Shown: positions 14,126 through 27,120 of the stretch, one piece after another | Layout of the letters: each line of letters opens with the position of its first letter | How positions within the stretch are numbered: the stretch's first letter is position 1 | DNA from: Octopus sinensis | Taxonomy: Eukaryota | Length of the DNA: 64,000 nt | Assembly: GCF_006345805.1 (NCBI RefSeq) | Contig: NC_043004.1 | Location: 61,566,001 to 61,630,000, forward strand | Direction: 5' to 3' | Translations under genes and position numbers: made by a program | The notes under the pieces: generated by a model | Told to the model about the DNA's origin: nothing | Databases searched by the model: none | The model's input: only the letters and a program-made list of their open reading frames with translations

Positions 14126-14797
14126 TCACTTTTCTAAAGCACAATGCACACATACAGACATTTAATGTGCAATAAATAGATTTATAGAATCCTGTGGTAA
14201 TCAGGAAAAAAAACCCTCTCGTATATAGTATGCAGATCTCCCTGCATACCATATACGGGACAGTATAATGTAGAGCTCTATGCAGCTGAAATGTAATACA
14301 TCCAATAAATGAAAATGTTTCTTCACTTGTATATACAACTATACAACAACAAAAGTAGATATGGTAGGTGAATATAGTTATTTCACTAGTTCTTTTCTGT
14401 AGGATAACGGCCAATTCGTAGCCTTCATCTGGTAACAGTAATGTTTATTGTTGTGTATAAATCTCCTATGTATATGTGTGTAGGAGATTTATATGTATAT
14501 GTATATAGGGAAAATATGCACAGGATTTTAAAAAATCGACGTTACCATGATGTTCTGTTAATCTTAAGAACTAACTTTCTATATCAACAATGATTTGAAA
14601 ATATTTAATAGTACTATGCGATGTATTATTACAGAGCTGCAAGACAATTTATCAAATGCTAAATTATAAACTATTATTATTAGATTCAACTACTGACATG
14701 AATATGTTCATCTCTCATACCACCTGAATTTTTATGTTCTACACACACACACAAACACACACATACACACACACGCGTACACATACGTTTGCGCGGG

Positions 14798-14832
<35 letters not shown>

Positions 14833-14834
<2 letters not shown>

Positions 14835-15122
14835 CACGTGATCACGTGAACGACCAGACCATCAGATGTTGCTACACATCGCTGGTCACAATCCGTTCGC
14901 ATTGTTTTAGCCTTCCAATGACGCCACCCCGCTGGCTCAGCGAGCAGGCCTATAGAAGAGTGAGAGAAAGAGTGGTGAAAAAGTACAGCAGGGATCACCT
15001 CCCCTGCCGGAGCCACGTGGGCTTTTAGCTGTTTTCGCTCAATAAATACACACAACGCCCGGTCTGGGAATCCGCGATCCCTACGACCGCGAGTCCGCTG
15101 CCCTAACCACTGTGCCGTTGCG

Positions 15123-15125
<3 letters not shown>
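14833..15125 (-). mobile_element. SINE family A, tail type 2
   Basis: Reverse complement AGGCGCAACGGCACAGTGGTTAGGGCAGCGGACTCGCGGTC...; ends in (CACGTGAT)2; sits in (TA)n. Confidence 0.85.
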
Positions 15126-15159
<34 letters not shown>

Positions 15160-15342
15160 AATTTTGTAGTATTAATTTACGGTAATATTATTACCTTTAC
15201 CCATATAATACAATAGATGAACTGATTGTTTGACAATTTTTAACATCTATGTATTAATCTTGTTGGGTACCTATCTGGCAGTATATTGGATATATATTAT
15301 CCCATGGTGGGTTGAATTTTCAACCCCTATCTCATTTTATAA

Positions 15343-15458
<116 letters not shown>

Positions 15459-15959
15459 CAGTGGGCGTGCACACGCTTACCAACACAAATGCAAACAAGG
15501 AGCAGGACAGACCGTGCCGACCAAAACATTTCAGTGTAATTCTATCAATAAACACTAACAGATCTTGTCAAACCACCTGACTCATACCGGCTTATACGAT
15601 AAAAACGGATAGTTGTGCTATATACATGTAGAGACACACTCACATAGAGACACAGACGCACAAACACTCTCACACTGACACCCACAAATATATATCTACG
15701 GTATTAAAGCACAGTAGAGTATGAGTATTTGGAATAATTGGATTAAACATGTTGCTGCTATACTTTTAAAGCCTGTTTTACAAACGTAGTGGTTCCAAAT
15801 CTACAATAGCAGTTGTATAATTTTGCCGGATAATATCGTTCTGCAAATACATAAATGAAGGCAGGTATTAAGTGGCTTGATAGCACAATGGCTTACTTCG
15901 TATTAAAAATCTTGGCTTGCATGCCATTTGGAGCCATAGTGGTGATCATACATAGCTAT

Positions 15960-15976
15960 ACATACATATATATATA

Positions 15977-16011
<35 letters not shown>

Positions 16012-16064
16012 TTATCTACACATACACACCTATATATATATACACATATATACATACCTACCTA

Positions 16065-16101
<37 letters not shown>

Positions 16102-16174
16102 ATAAAACGGTAAGATAACAAAAGAAGAAACTCAGAGTTTTATCTTGACTACCGAGTAATGTAACATATTGTAT

Positions 16175-16231
<57 letters not shown>

Positions 16232-16290
16232 GGTGTCTTTCATTCTTTTGTTGTCTTACATTTTTATCAATATATATATATATATAGACA
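15960..16290. repeat. Interrupted (TA)n microsatellites
   Basis: Direct reading of the sequence. Confidence 0.9.
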
Positions 16291-16868
16291 CATTGATATA
16301 CTTCAAGTGTTTTTCTCTGTACAAACATATACCCCCACATACCTACATGGATACATGCATGCATACATATATACGCATGCGTATTTTTATAGCAGTAAAC
16401 GATAGTTTCATGATTCTGAATTTGCTTATTCATAAGAGGAATTCCTTATGCCGATTCCAAATGTATACTATGAACGTCTTTTGTTTCAGAACATTCATCC
16501 GCTGCATTGCTCTGCAAATTCCTCAGCTTATTCAGTCTTAGTTGCATTAATCCTTGGGAATTATGGAAAGTTGTACGAGGCAAAGAATATCATATCAGTC
16601 TTCTTCGTCATTGATTTTCAGTAAGAAAAAAAAAAAAGAAAACCGAAGTAGACAAATATTACGATAAGTATTGAAGCCAAAACACCGTCGTAAATAAAGA
16701 TGATTTCAAAACTGTAAGCTTTATAATTTAGAAATTCTTTTCAAAATCTAAAGAAAGAGGATGAGTGTATGATTATTTTATTATTATGGCATATCTGTTC
16801 GTCCATCCCTGATGAAGTATTTGCTGTTTCTCACTATTTGAAATACTCCATCAATATACTACCCTCCT

Positions 16869-17155
16869 GTGGAGGCGCAATGGCCCTGTGGTTAGGGCAG
16901 CGGACTCGCGGTCGGAAGATCGCGGTTTCGATTCCCAGAAAACACCTAAAGCTCCACAAGGCTCCGGCGGTGTGGGGTGACCCCTGTTGTATTCTTTCGC
17001 CCCAACTTTCTCTCGTTCTTTCTTCCTGTTTCTTGAGTAACACTGCGATGGACTGGCGTCCCGTCCAGCTGTGGGGAACACATACGCCACAGAAACCGGG
17101 AAACCGGGCCGATGAGCAAGGCTACGCTTGAAAAGGGCGCATAAATAAATAAAAA
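16869..17155 (+). mobile_element. SINE family A, tail type 3, internally deleted
   Basis: Same head as 4547, lacking about 29 nt after the B box; (ATAA)n tail; perfect 13-bp TSD ATACTACCCTCCT (16856-16868 / 17156-17168). Confidence 0.9.
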
Positions 17156-17358
17156 ATACTACCCTCCTACTGAATGCAACTTTAATTTATTCGTGCTTTG
17201 TAGTAGGCCATGTCAAATATCTATGTTCTCTTTGTTGTACTACAGTACTCCATTGGTGTATAGGTTGTTGTGCTTAGAGGTTATCTAGCTGTGTGTGGTA
17301 CATCGTATTGAATAGTGTAGTTCTTGATAATAACCGTTCATAAATATTAATCAACAAG

Positions 17359-17397
<39 letters not shown>

Positions 17398-17469
17398 GAT
17401 ATGCATTTATAGACAGGCGCATATATCTAAACATTATCTTGAACTAATATTTCGTTATATTATTTACAG

Positions 17470-17546
17470 AATTGGTGTGCCCATTTTTCAACCATTGCCC
17501 TGCGTAATCAGCTGCGTCATGATCCTCATGCACCGGACATGGCAAG
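17470..17546 (+). CDS. Neprilysin/ECE-like M13 metallopeptidase, penultimate exon (NWCAHFSTIALRNQLRHDPHAPDMAR)
   Basis: Acceptor tatttacag|A at 17469/17470 and donor GCAAG|GTACGG at 17546/17547. The 77 nt give xWC...DxHxP...R, matching NEP VWC...DVHSPGNFR (Trp693, Cys694, His711, Arg717 equivalents present). Confidence 0.93.
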
Positions 17547-18687
17547 GTACGGTAACTTTTGTCAAACATGTACATTGACTTATTAATTAGGTTTATGTGA
17601 ATTTTATATTTCATTCATATTAGTTCTGAGGCGTATAGTGTATTCTAATATACAAATTTAGTATATCGTTCCATAAGATACTATCTAAATCAATGAATGA
17701 ATGACTCACACCTAAAACCCGAATAAGCACCACAAACCATGTAAGCGTCTTACGCTATTTTCTGAGCCCACTGCATCCTAATGTTTGTGGGAGAGATGGT
17801 CATTTTAGCGATAGGGAAAATTTCATCTTATTTCAAATGTTGACTCGGAAAGGAATGATGCCGCGCCATTTGCATCGAGGATGCTTATACAAATACAAGT
17901 ATTCTAAAATATTTCCAAAAGGATAAGAAACAACAAACGACGGATTCTGGACTAAATATCTGCAGTCTTTCATCACTTCATATTCCCTCTCTCATCAATT
18001 TCCTTTTCAGTTGCAGACACAACAGTTTATGCTTGTCTCAACCACCTTGCTCGTTACAACCTGTAACCAGAGTTCACGGTCCAGCAAGAGCTAATATACG
18101 AGATAGAACTCTGACATACAATTGCCTCTCTTCAGACGTTGTGTTACCCATTTCTTATCAATGAAATTGTTCTTGGAATGGAAATGATGAGTAAATCCTT
18201 CACTACCGAGAATTTACATTAAGGCAGAAGCTTACTCATGCTAAATTAGAAGACACATATTTAGGTCATCTTCAGAATTTAAAATCCCGCGAATATCATG
18301 TGCACAATATTTTACACTCTAGTAAGAGATGACATTTAACACTTTAACTAGAGTCGTATTGTTCACATAGATTAATATTCATATATTATGAATTTAAGAA
18401 TGTGCATATACATTTCAGATAAATAAAATATGCTGAGGCAGGTTCCGCATAAGAAAGACAAATCAGTGCACTCGAAGTGTAAACAAATGAGAAATTTTCT
18501 GAATCGTTCACGAAATATTCAGCATTGACTTTCGGAATTTCTTTTCTTCATATTTTGTTACTCTGTTGTTGTTTTTTATTTTACACACTGAAACAATGTG
18601 AAAAGATTTGTCAATAGCTATTATGTATTGTAAGTATTTTCATGTTTAATTATATAAATATATATATATATCATATCTATATTTCAG

Positions 18688-18787
18688 GGTGCTTTTAACA
18701 TTACGAAATTCAAAGGAATTTGCAGCTGCTTATCGTTGTCAATCTGGTTCGTATATGAATCCTGCAAGGAAATACCAAGTTTGGTAA
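18688..18787 (+). CDS. Neprilysin/ECE-like M13 metallopeptidase, last coding exon ((R)VLLTLRNSKEFAAAYRCQSGSYMNPARKYQVW*)
   Basis: Acceptor atttcag|G at 18687/18688; phase 2 completes Arg. Matches the M13 terminus NSxEFxxAFxCxxGSxMNPxxKCxVW*; TAA at 18785-18787. Confidence 0.93.
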
Positions 18788-18853
18788 ATCTTATTGCAAT
18801 ATGATAGAGAATAACAGATACAATGAATATAAAAACGACATATGAGAGTGGAA

Positions 18854-18867
18854 AATAAATAAATAAA
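18854..18867 (+). terminator. Candidate polyadenylation signals of the M13 peptidase gene
   Basis: Overlapping AATAAA hexamers (aataaataaataaa) about 70 nt after the stop codon; no transcript evidence. Confidence 0.4.
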
Positions 18868-19188
18868 ATATATATGAAAAAGCGTATATAGCCAAATATT
18901 TTGTTACAATTTCCTTTCGAGACAAAGACATTATTACGTCAAGATATTTAGAATCAAAATATTTATTTCGTTCAATACGTTGAACATAATTTTCTTTATC
19001 TTTATCATGAATAGAAAGTATAAATCTTCCAGCGCATAGAATTGGTAGCTAATCTACTGTTATCCTTTCGGTATATCTCTAGAATATATCAAGAGGTATT
19101 CACTGATATCGATATTTGTATATTTGTCAGAAATGACCAAAAAGAAAACAAATGCGCTGTTTTCCTCTTCGCTTTCTATGCACACGTA

Positions 19189-19565
<377 letters not shown>

Positions 19566-20280
19566 GAAAGTGGTGCATGCCTGGTTTTGTGGCAGGAAGC
19601 TTGCTTCCTATCTTCATGGTTCAAGGTGTACTGTGGCCTTGAGCTGACAAAATTATTGCTTGTGGATTTGGAAGTACATAAAATATAATTACAGTTTTTG
19701 TTTCGTTAGTATTCATTCAACGCCTCCCTTAGTTCTTCGGCAGTATTCGGCTTTTTATATAATTCTGCCTCATTTTTCCAAGTTCATGGCTTGTTGTTTT
19801 AGCAACTGAATTCAATCCTTCGTCCCCAAAAATCGACGAAGGTTTTGCTGAGAAGCAGTACATATTTGGTTCGTCTTGTGTAACGTGCCTCGATTTTAGT
19901 TCAGACCGAATTGTTATTTTGTTGGAACGTTTCCTCCCTGGTATTCAGATCCATCAAACGTCGTTCGTCATCTGGTGTCTTCCAGTACGCAGCATATTTA
20001 TAGATAAAATGAATCATTCAAATTGCACATAGAAGAATTGTTCAAGGGCCAGTATATACACCCGCAGATCTGTTGTGATGCAGCTTTCAGACGCCTCTTT
20101 GAGTTTCGAAATATATCTCCCACTATGTAATCTTTTTTTCTAAAGCTAGACCTTATTAAACGTTATCGGATCTACTGTAAACATACTATTCTGACCGAAA
20201 CTCACTTGTGTTTGATGATTTCTCCGTAACCCTCTGATCATTCAAGTATCAGTTTGGCTCTTTGGAAATCACTCGTTAAG

Positions 20281-20334
<54 letters not shown>

Positions 20335-20795
20335 AGAAGTCCTCAGATACTGAATTCTTACATTAACATCAACAAAGGAACAATGTTGCATTCAAATCAA
20401 ACGCCTAACCAAGTGCAAAACTAGAAAGCCGTATATCATTCTTTAGCTCTGACGAGCAACTCTGTGTACTGCCATAGAAATCAGCTCATGTGCTGATCTG
20501 AGTCTAAATTCGTGAATCTAAACCAGGATAATTATATACCACTGCAGAGAAAGGATCAGATTTTTAGCAATATTAAATATTTGCATGTATAAGAATAATT
20601 GGTGCACTTGATTTCGTGCGTGTATGCATAAGTGCTAATTTAAAAAGCAAGAATCAACTCCAACCTTAAAAAGAAAGTACCGGGGTCAATTAATTCCACT
20701 AAAACTCCTCAATGTGGTTCCCCAACATGGCTGCGGTGACTGGTAAGTGAACTACGTAACATCAAAGATAAAAGACACACACACATACACACACA

Positions 20796-20874
<79 letters not shown>

Positions 20875-20876
<2 letters not shown>

Positions 20877-21097
20877 GGGCATTTCTAAACATAAATGCGT
20901 CACGTTATGAGGGACTCTTAAAGTCAAAACTACCATAATAACTATACAGTGTACCGACGGATAGGGAATGCAAATTGGAAATCGCAGGTGACTTGCAAGT
21001 ATTATTTCCTCGCTCTCGGTACACTCTATATTTACTATGGTGGACTTGACTTTAATAGTCCCTCATAGCGTGAGGTATTTGCGTGTAGTTATGCTCT
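20875..21097. mobile_element. MITE-like foldback element
   Basis: Arms 20901-20957 and 21016-21072 are reverse-complementary (cacgttatgagggactcttaaagtcaa...gtgtaccga) with weaker extension outward; a lone arm occurs at about 25022-25120. Confidence 0.7.
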
Positions 21098-21204
21098 TGA
21101 TATAATAGAAGTATCTAAAGCGAATGAATATAAAGTTTTCACTTATATGGTTTTCACGCTGACTATCTGTTAAATTCTCAACCAATAATTAATTTGTGTA
21201 TGTT

Positions 21205-21440
21205 TGTTTCAGTCAAATGACTGAAACGAGTGAAAGTAAAAGAGTATATGTGTGTGTGAATGTCTGTGTGTCTCTGATTGTCCCCCAACATCGCTTGACA
21301 AAAGATACTGGTGAGTTTACCACCTCGTAACTTACCGGTTGAGAAAAAGGGTCTGATTAAATAAGTACTAGGCTTACAAAAAATAAGTCCTAGGTTCGAT
21401 TTGCTCGACTAAAGGTGGCGCTCAAGAATGGCCACAGTGT
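21205..21440 (+). mobile_element. SINE family B, two partial 3' halves
   Basis: cagtcaaatgactgaaac..gtaaaagagta followed by gcttgaca...aataagtactaggcttacaaa..aataagtcct..gtcgatttgctcgactaaagg, as in 59290-59464. Confidence 0.7.
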
Positions 21441-21487
21441 AATGACAAGCAATTATGATATATGTGCGTGTATATATATATATATGG

Positions 21488-21532
<45 letters not shown>

Positions 21533-21586
21533 CATATATATATATATATACTTATATGTATGTATGTATGTATGTGTATGTATATA

Positions 21587-22459
21587 TGAGAGGTTTGATC
21601 AATAAGTATCCGGACTTTTTCCATAGTAACAAGGCTAAAGCACGCACAGTAAAGTCGCTTGGCACAGACTGACCATGAACTCTGTTGTACATGCGCACTA
21701 AGTTTTAACGATCTAGCTCGCGCTGTTTAGAGAAGTGCTTGGAAGGTGTGTCGGGTGTGATCGTCGCATTGAACATGACAGAGTAAGTTGTCATGGCGAT
21801 ACCTTATCAGAAGACTATGCAAAGTGTATTAAGAGAAGTGTATGAGCAGCGCATAAACGTATGACTGGCTCAGCCGTTTCCAAGATGGCGGAAAAAATGT
21901 CGATAATGTCGAACGTTCTGAGAGATACACAAGTAGCAGGACTGAGAAAAACATCGCATACGTGAATGCAGCAGTGAGGGGAAATAGTCAAATCACCATC
22001 CGTGAGTTATGAGAGGATGTGCAGTCTAGTTATGTTTCAGTTCAGTCCATTATCGCTGGAGATGTGGGTATGAGCCGCGTGTCTGCAAAGTTTGTGCAAA
22101 AAATTGCTTTCAGTTGACGAAAACGACACTTGGGTTTCAGTTCCACAAAATCTCTTTGTGTCGGTAATGATGAAATTTTTGAAAAAAATTGTGTAGGTCT
22201 CTGAGCAGATATCGGCAAGCTTTAAGCAACATTTGATGCAGATTTTCTGTTCAACTTTCCTTGTCATGTTCAATGCGACGACTACACACTACATATCTTC
22301 CATGCAAGCACTACTTCAAACAGCAGAAGTGAGCTAGAACTTTTAAGCTTAGGACGCATGCAACGCAGAGTGCAAGGTCAAACTATGCCAAGCAGCTTCA
22401 CTCTGTGCTTTAGCATCATTCTTATTGCAACGGTTCGGATACTTATTAATCAGACCACG
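21587..22459. mobile_element. Mariner-derived element built from two inward-facing 5' ends
   Basis: TA-flanked TIR-like ends (GGTxTGATxAATAAGTATCCG). + strand: degraded transposase N-terminus from ATG 21775 (YDWLSRFQDG, ITIREL, RVSAKFVQKLL, DExFLKKIV). - strand: a second start MTRKVEQKICIKCCLKL from 22267. Confidence 0.8.
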
Positions 22460-23279
22460 TATGTAAAGAACCAATTTGGAAGACAAGAATTCAACCAGGT
22501 AACAGCATATTACCGGTACAATCAATAGAGAGAACTTTAAAAAATATATGCGAGGAGATTTTTCACAATCAAAATGAGATAATATTTTCCTTATCTTCAT
22601 TCCACAATGTAGTTCCTTCATTACATGAAGTCTTGAAATGGTTATAAATAGAAGAGACCATATATGAGCCCTTATTTAAAGATGAGACATTTGAGATTCG
22701 AGAAAAACTCACTGCTGAATCGCACAAATATTACTTCCACTTTGTCTGTATATTAATCTAACCAGTTTGTTTGCCTTCATTACGTTTTTAGCTACAAATC
22801 AATTTACATCAGTTTCATCCCGTAGCACTGAATACAGCCACAACCTGAAGTATACATTTAACACAAATGCATGTATGTATCTATGGATTGGTATACATGT
22901 AAATATATGTGTACATGGAAAGGCAGCATAAGTGCATATATACATACGTCAACACACACACAGAAACACACACACAGAAACACACACACTCATGTATATA
23001 CATATATTTGTATGTATGTATGTATATATTTATGTATATATACTCCCTATCTCTACGCATCTATCGCTCACCATCACTATTTTATTGTCAGTGCTGCAAG
23101 CCACCGAATCGAGATATTTCATACGACATAATAACATAGCTAGATTTAACTAAATATATGGTTACTTGTAAATATATTTCTATACACTACTGTGTGTATA
23201 AAAAAGACAAAGTAAATGGGAGGTTTAAGAAGAAAACAAAACAAAACATAATTACACATACTCACACACACGCACAAAT

Positions 23280-23548
23280 ACACATGCATATATATATATA
23301 CATACCTATATATGTATGTATATACACGTGTATATATATATATATTTATATATATATATACATATATGTATGTATGTGTGTGTGTGTGTGTGTGCATTTA
23401 TATATAATATATATATATATATGCGCGCGCGTATGTGTGTGTGTATCTATTTTAAATTCATATATAATTATATTTGTACCTGCTCATAGATAACAGAAAA
23501 AATCCAATATATTTTTAAAAACGATCTTATCTGAGAACATACGTTCAT

Positions 23549-23615
<67 letters not shown>

Positions 23616-23837
23616 CATATATACATAGGCAGATATACATATATATATAATTTGTACATTCATTTGTATATTAATGACAATTATGCATGCGGTCACATTT
23701 AACATACCGTATCCTACCAGGATATAATGAAATTTCTGTTCCTCGTAATTACATTACTTGTCGTGAACTCTCGTTTTAATTTGCATATTCATATATATTA
23801 TTTTGGATTCGATGCCTATTGCACTGCCGCTCCACCC

Positions 23838-23869
<32 letters not shown>

Positions 23870-23890
23870 CTATCTCTTTGTATATATATG

Positions 23891-23946
<56 letters not shown>

Positions 23947-24033
23947 TATGTAAATATGTATGCATGTATATGTGTATGTATGCATATATATATATATATA
24001 TACATACATGTATATATACATATACGTGCTCAC

Positions 24034-24080
<47 letters not shown>

Positions 24081-24105
24081 TACACACACACATACACACA
24101 CACAC

Positions 24106-24148
<43 letters not shown>

Positions 24149-24180
24149 GTGTGTGTGTCTCTATGTATGTGTGTGTGTGC
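23280..24180. repeat. Cluster of (TA)n/(CA)n/(TCTA)n microsatellites
   Basis: Direct reading of the sequence. Confidence 0.93.
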
Positions 24181-24194
24181 ATGTACATTTGAAC

Positions 24195-24360
24195 TTACCG
24201 TCCATCATGCTTCGACAACCGGTGTTGAGATGTTTTGACCCGTGTTAATGACCCCGTAATATATCGGTTTGGCAAAAGAGACTATAGAATAAGTACTAGA
24301 TTTTAAGAATATGTCATGGGCTCGAATGGTTCGATGTATTATATCAAATCTTCCAGTAGC
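24195..24360 (+). mobile_element. Degenerate SINE family B 3' half
   Basis: cgacaaccggtgttg...gaccccgtaa...cggtttggcaaaagagactatagaataagtactag. Confidence 0.55.
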
Positions 24361-25499
24361 AACTCTTTTGACCCAAGGCAGCACTACCTCCTTTGAAGCA
24401 CTTGACGTAGGCCTCCGTCTGAGTCAGCGTGAGAAGACGAGTGGAGACATAACGCCGCCATCTCTAGTGGAAACACCATATAACATGATGCTCACTGAAT
24501 GGCAAGACAAAAGTTGTTCTCTGTATTCACCATTTGATCCAGGCAGATATTTTTCTCGTCTGAGAAAAACCAAAGCACTTTGGGTTGTTGAGGGTACTCA
24601 CGTTTATTCAAAAGCTTCGTAACGTGGCCTTTCTTCTTACCCTTGATAGCTTTTCCGAGATGCCGTAACTTAGTAATCACAATTAGGTTCATCTAACTCT
24701 TCCGTATCCTCAGCACTGTCCTCAGTTTGACACACAAACACTCTGAAATGTTCGTATTGAAACTTCCAGCGCGAATGCCAAGTAGTACATGTCGTTTCCA
24801 AATTTCTGTTAGTGTTTACTACGTCATGATGCTGCTATTCTCACAGACGTAGTGAATAGTCGACAAAATCAAAAGCTAAAAATGCTCATGCGCGAATTTT
24901 AAAACTTAAGATGGTGACAATTTAAACATTGGACCCCATATATATGCGTGCGTGTGAGTATACATATTCATACATATATGCACACATTTGTGTATATATA
25001 ATTTATATTGAAGGTATTATTATACATAAATGCAACAGGCTAGGAGGGTCTCTTGAAGTCAAAACTGCCAAAATAAACACATATTACCGAATACAAGGAA
25101 ATGCAACTCTGAAGCGAGCTTCTTAAAATCAGAATTCAGCTGCATATCATGATTACATAATTAGTGTGCAAATGCACTTTTGAATCCTCAGTGCATGCAT
25201 AAATCAAGATTTATAAACAATGAGCAAAAATCAACATAACAGACGAAGTATCCAGCGTAGCATATAGAATTGTTCCCCCTTTATACACCTATGTAAAAGG
25301 CGAGCTTTTTCGAATTGCATCTCGGTACAACGTGTTTATTTGGAATAAAATGTAGTACTGATATACTCCGGATAAATTTACAATTTAAAAATAGGATAAA
25401 ATCTTTATAAAAATATATCAAGTAGTTATCGTGAAAACCTCATAAGGGAAAAATCAAGATTTATAAAAAATGAACAAAAACCAACATACCAGATGTACA

Positions 25500-27120
25500 C
25501 ACAATGTGCCATTTGCTGCAATAAAGCAGGTAGGGGATGAATTCGACAGACTGGAGAAATTGGGAATTATTCAAAAAGTAGATTATTCTCTGTAGGCAGC
25601 ACTAACTGCGTGTATTAGAAAAGATAACAGAATATGGATGTATGCTCATTTTCCTCCTGGTTTGAATTACTGTAAAACAATATGCCACTGTCCACTGCCT
25701 ACTCTGGAAATTGCAAAATTAAATGGTGGCAAAGTATTTTCGGAATTGTATCTGTCTGATGTGCATCTAGAAATTAAGTTAGAGGAAGAATGCTCGAATC
25801 TTCTAACAGTGAATACGTACAGAGAACTATACACATATAATAGATTGAAATTTGGTCTGAAGGTCGCATCTGCAATATTTCAACAGGTTATAGATGCGAT
25901 GTTGGTGGACTATCAATTTGAAAATCCATGCATCGATGATATTTTTATGAAAAATGAATCACGTGGTCGGTCTGAATATCGAACATGTGAAGTGTGTTTC
26001 CCCAAAAATAAGAGTTTACGGTTTCACACTCAGTGATGGTAAATGTGAATCTTTTTGTCTAAAATAAAATGTTTAGGAAAATTATATATTAAAATGGAAG
26101 ACGACCTGGCCCGTGGAGGACAGGCGCAATTAAACATATGCCCCTCCCGTTTAAAATAGCGACATTACATGCTTTTTTAGCGAACTATTATCAAAATTAC
26201 ATATATGAATTGGGAGCTCCATTAAATAAATTGCTCAAGAAAGATGCCAAATGGAATTGGCCAAATAACTGTCAAAAGACTTTTCAGGATATTAGAAAAT
26301 ATTAATTTCAGATTTGTTGTTGGCTTACTTCAATCCCGCAGCGGAGATTGTTTTCGCGTCTGAGGCTTCTCAATATAGAGTAGGAGCAATTTTGCTACAC
26401 ATACATAAAGCCGGTAATATGAAGGCGGCAGTTCATGCATCACGTGCTCTGATTGCAGTAGCAAAAAAACTACAGTCAGATAGAGAACGAATCTCTAGCG
26501 GTTATTTTTCTGTGAAGAAATTCAAAAGATTTTTCCACTGTCGAGCTTTTTGGATTGAGACGTACCACCGACCGTTACTATCAATTTTCGGATCAAAGAA
26601 AGGAATTCCTACCAAACAGCTACCAGATTTTAACGCTGGTGTGCAATATTGTTAAATTACAATTTTAGGTTGGAGTACATTCCTTCTAAGAAAATTGGCC
26701 ATGTGCATTGTTTATCTAGGCTAATCTTGAAGAATGCCGAACCGCTGGAAGATATTTTGATAGTCGTATAACAATCAGAAAAGGAAATTAAAAATGTTAT
26801 GTGAAGGGTAAAACGCATATCTGTGGAGTTTAGCTCAAACACAAAAGAATTGCAATAAAATAATACAAAATATTGTATTAAAAATGTTATGTTATGTGAA
26901 ATTCTGGCGTTGCTAGTGACTGTACACTATGTAAAAAAAGTAAATCAGCGGGGGACTAATACACCTTAAAAATGAAGGAAACCTTGAAAAATAAACAAAA
27001 GAGAAGCACGAATGCGAGCCATTTTTCACTCTGTATTGATGTACGCACAAAGCGTGATAGTATCAACTGCACCACAGAAATAGATTTTACAGGAATTTCA
27101 TAGTGGACACCCAGGAATGT
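25500..27120 (+). mobile_element. Degenerate Ty3/Gypsy pol (RT, RNase H, start of integrase)
   Basis: NVPFAAIKQVGDEFDRLEKLGIIQKVDYS; KLNGGKVFSEL; YNRLKFGLKVASAIFQQVID; CIDDI; ASQYRVGAILLH; ETYHRPLLSIFGSKKGIP; EFHSGHPG. Many stops and frameshifts. Confidence 0.88.

Noticed and set aside
14400-14493. Hammerhead-like CAGATGAAGGC...GGCCG (minus strand) and a 13-bp hairpin at 14456-14493
   Set aside because: The core lacks both CUG and GAAA; the hairpin is AT-rich and adjacent to simple repeats.
19700-20120. Possible RTE C-terminal remnant on the minus strand
   Set aside because: Only scattered resemblance; cannot be supported without a profile search.
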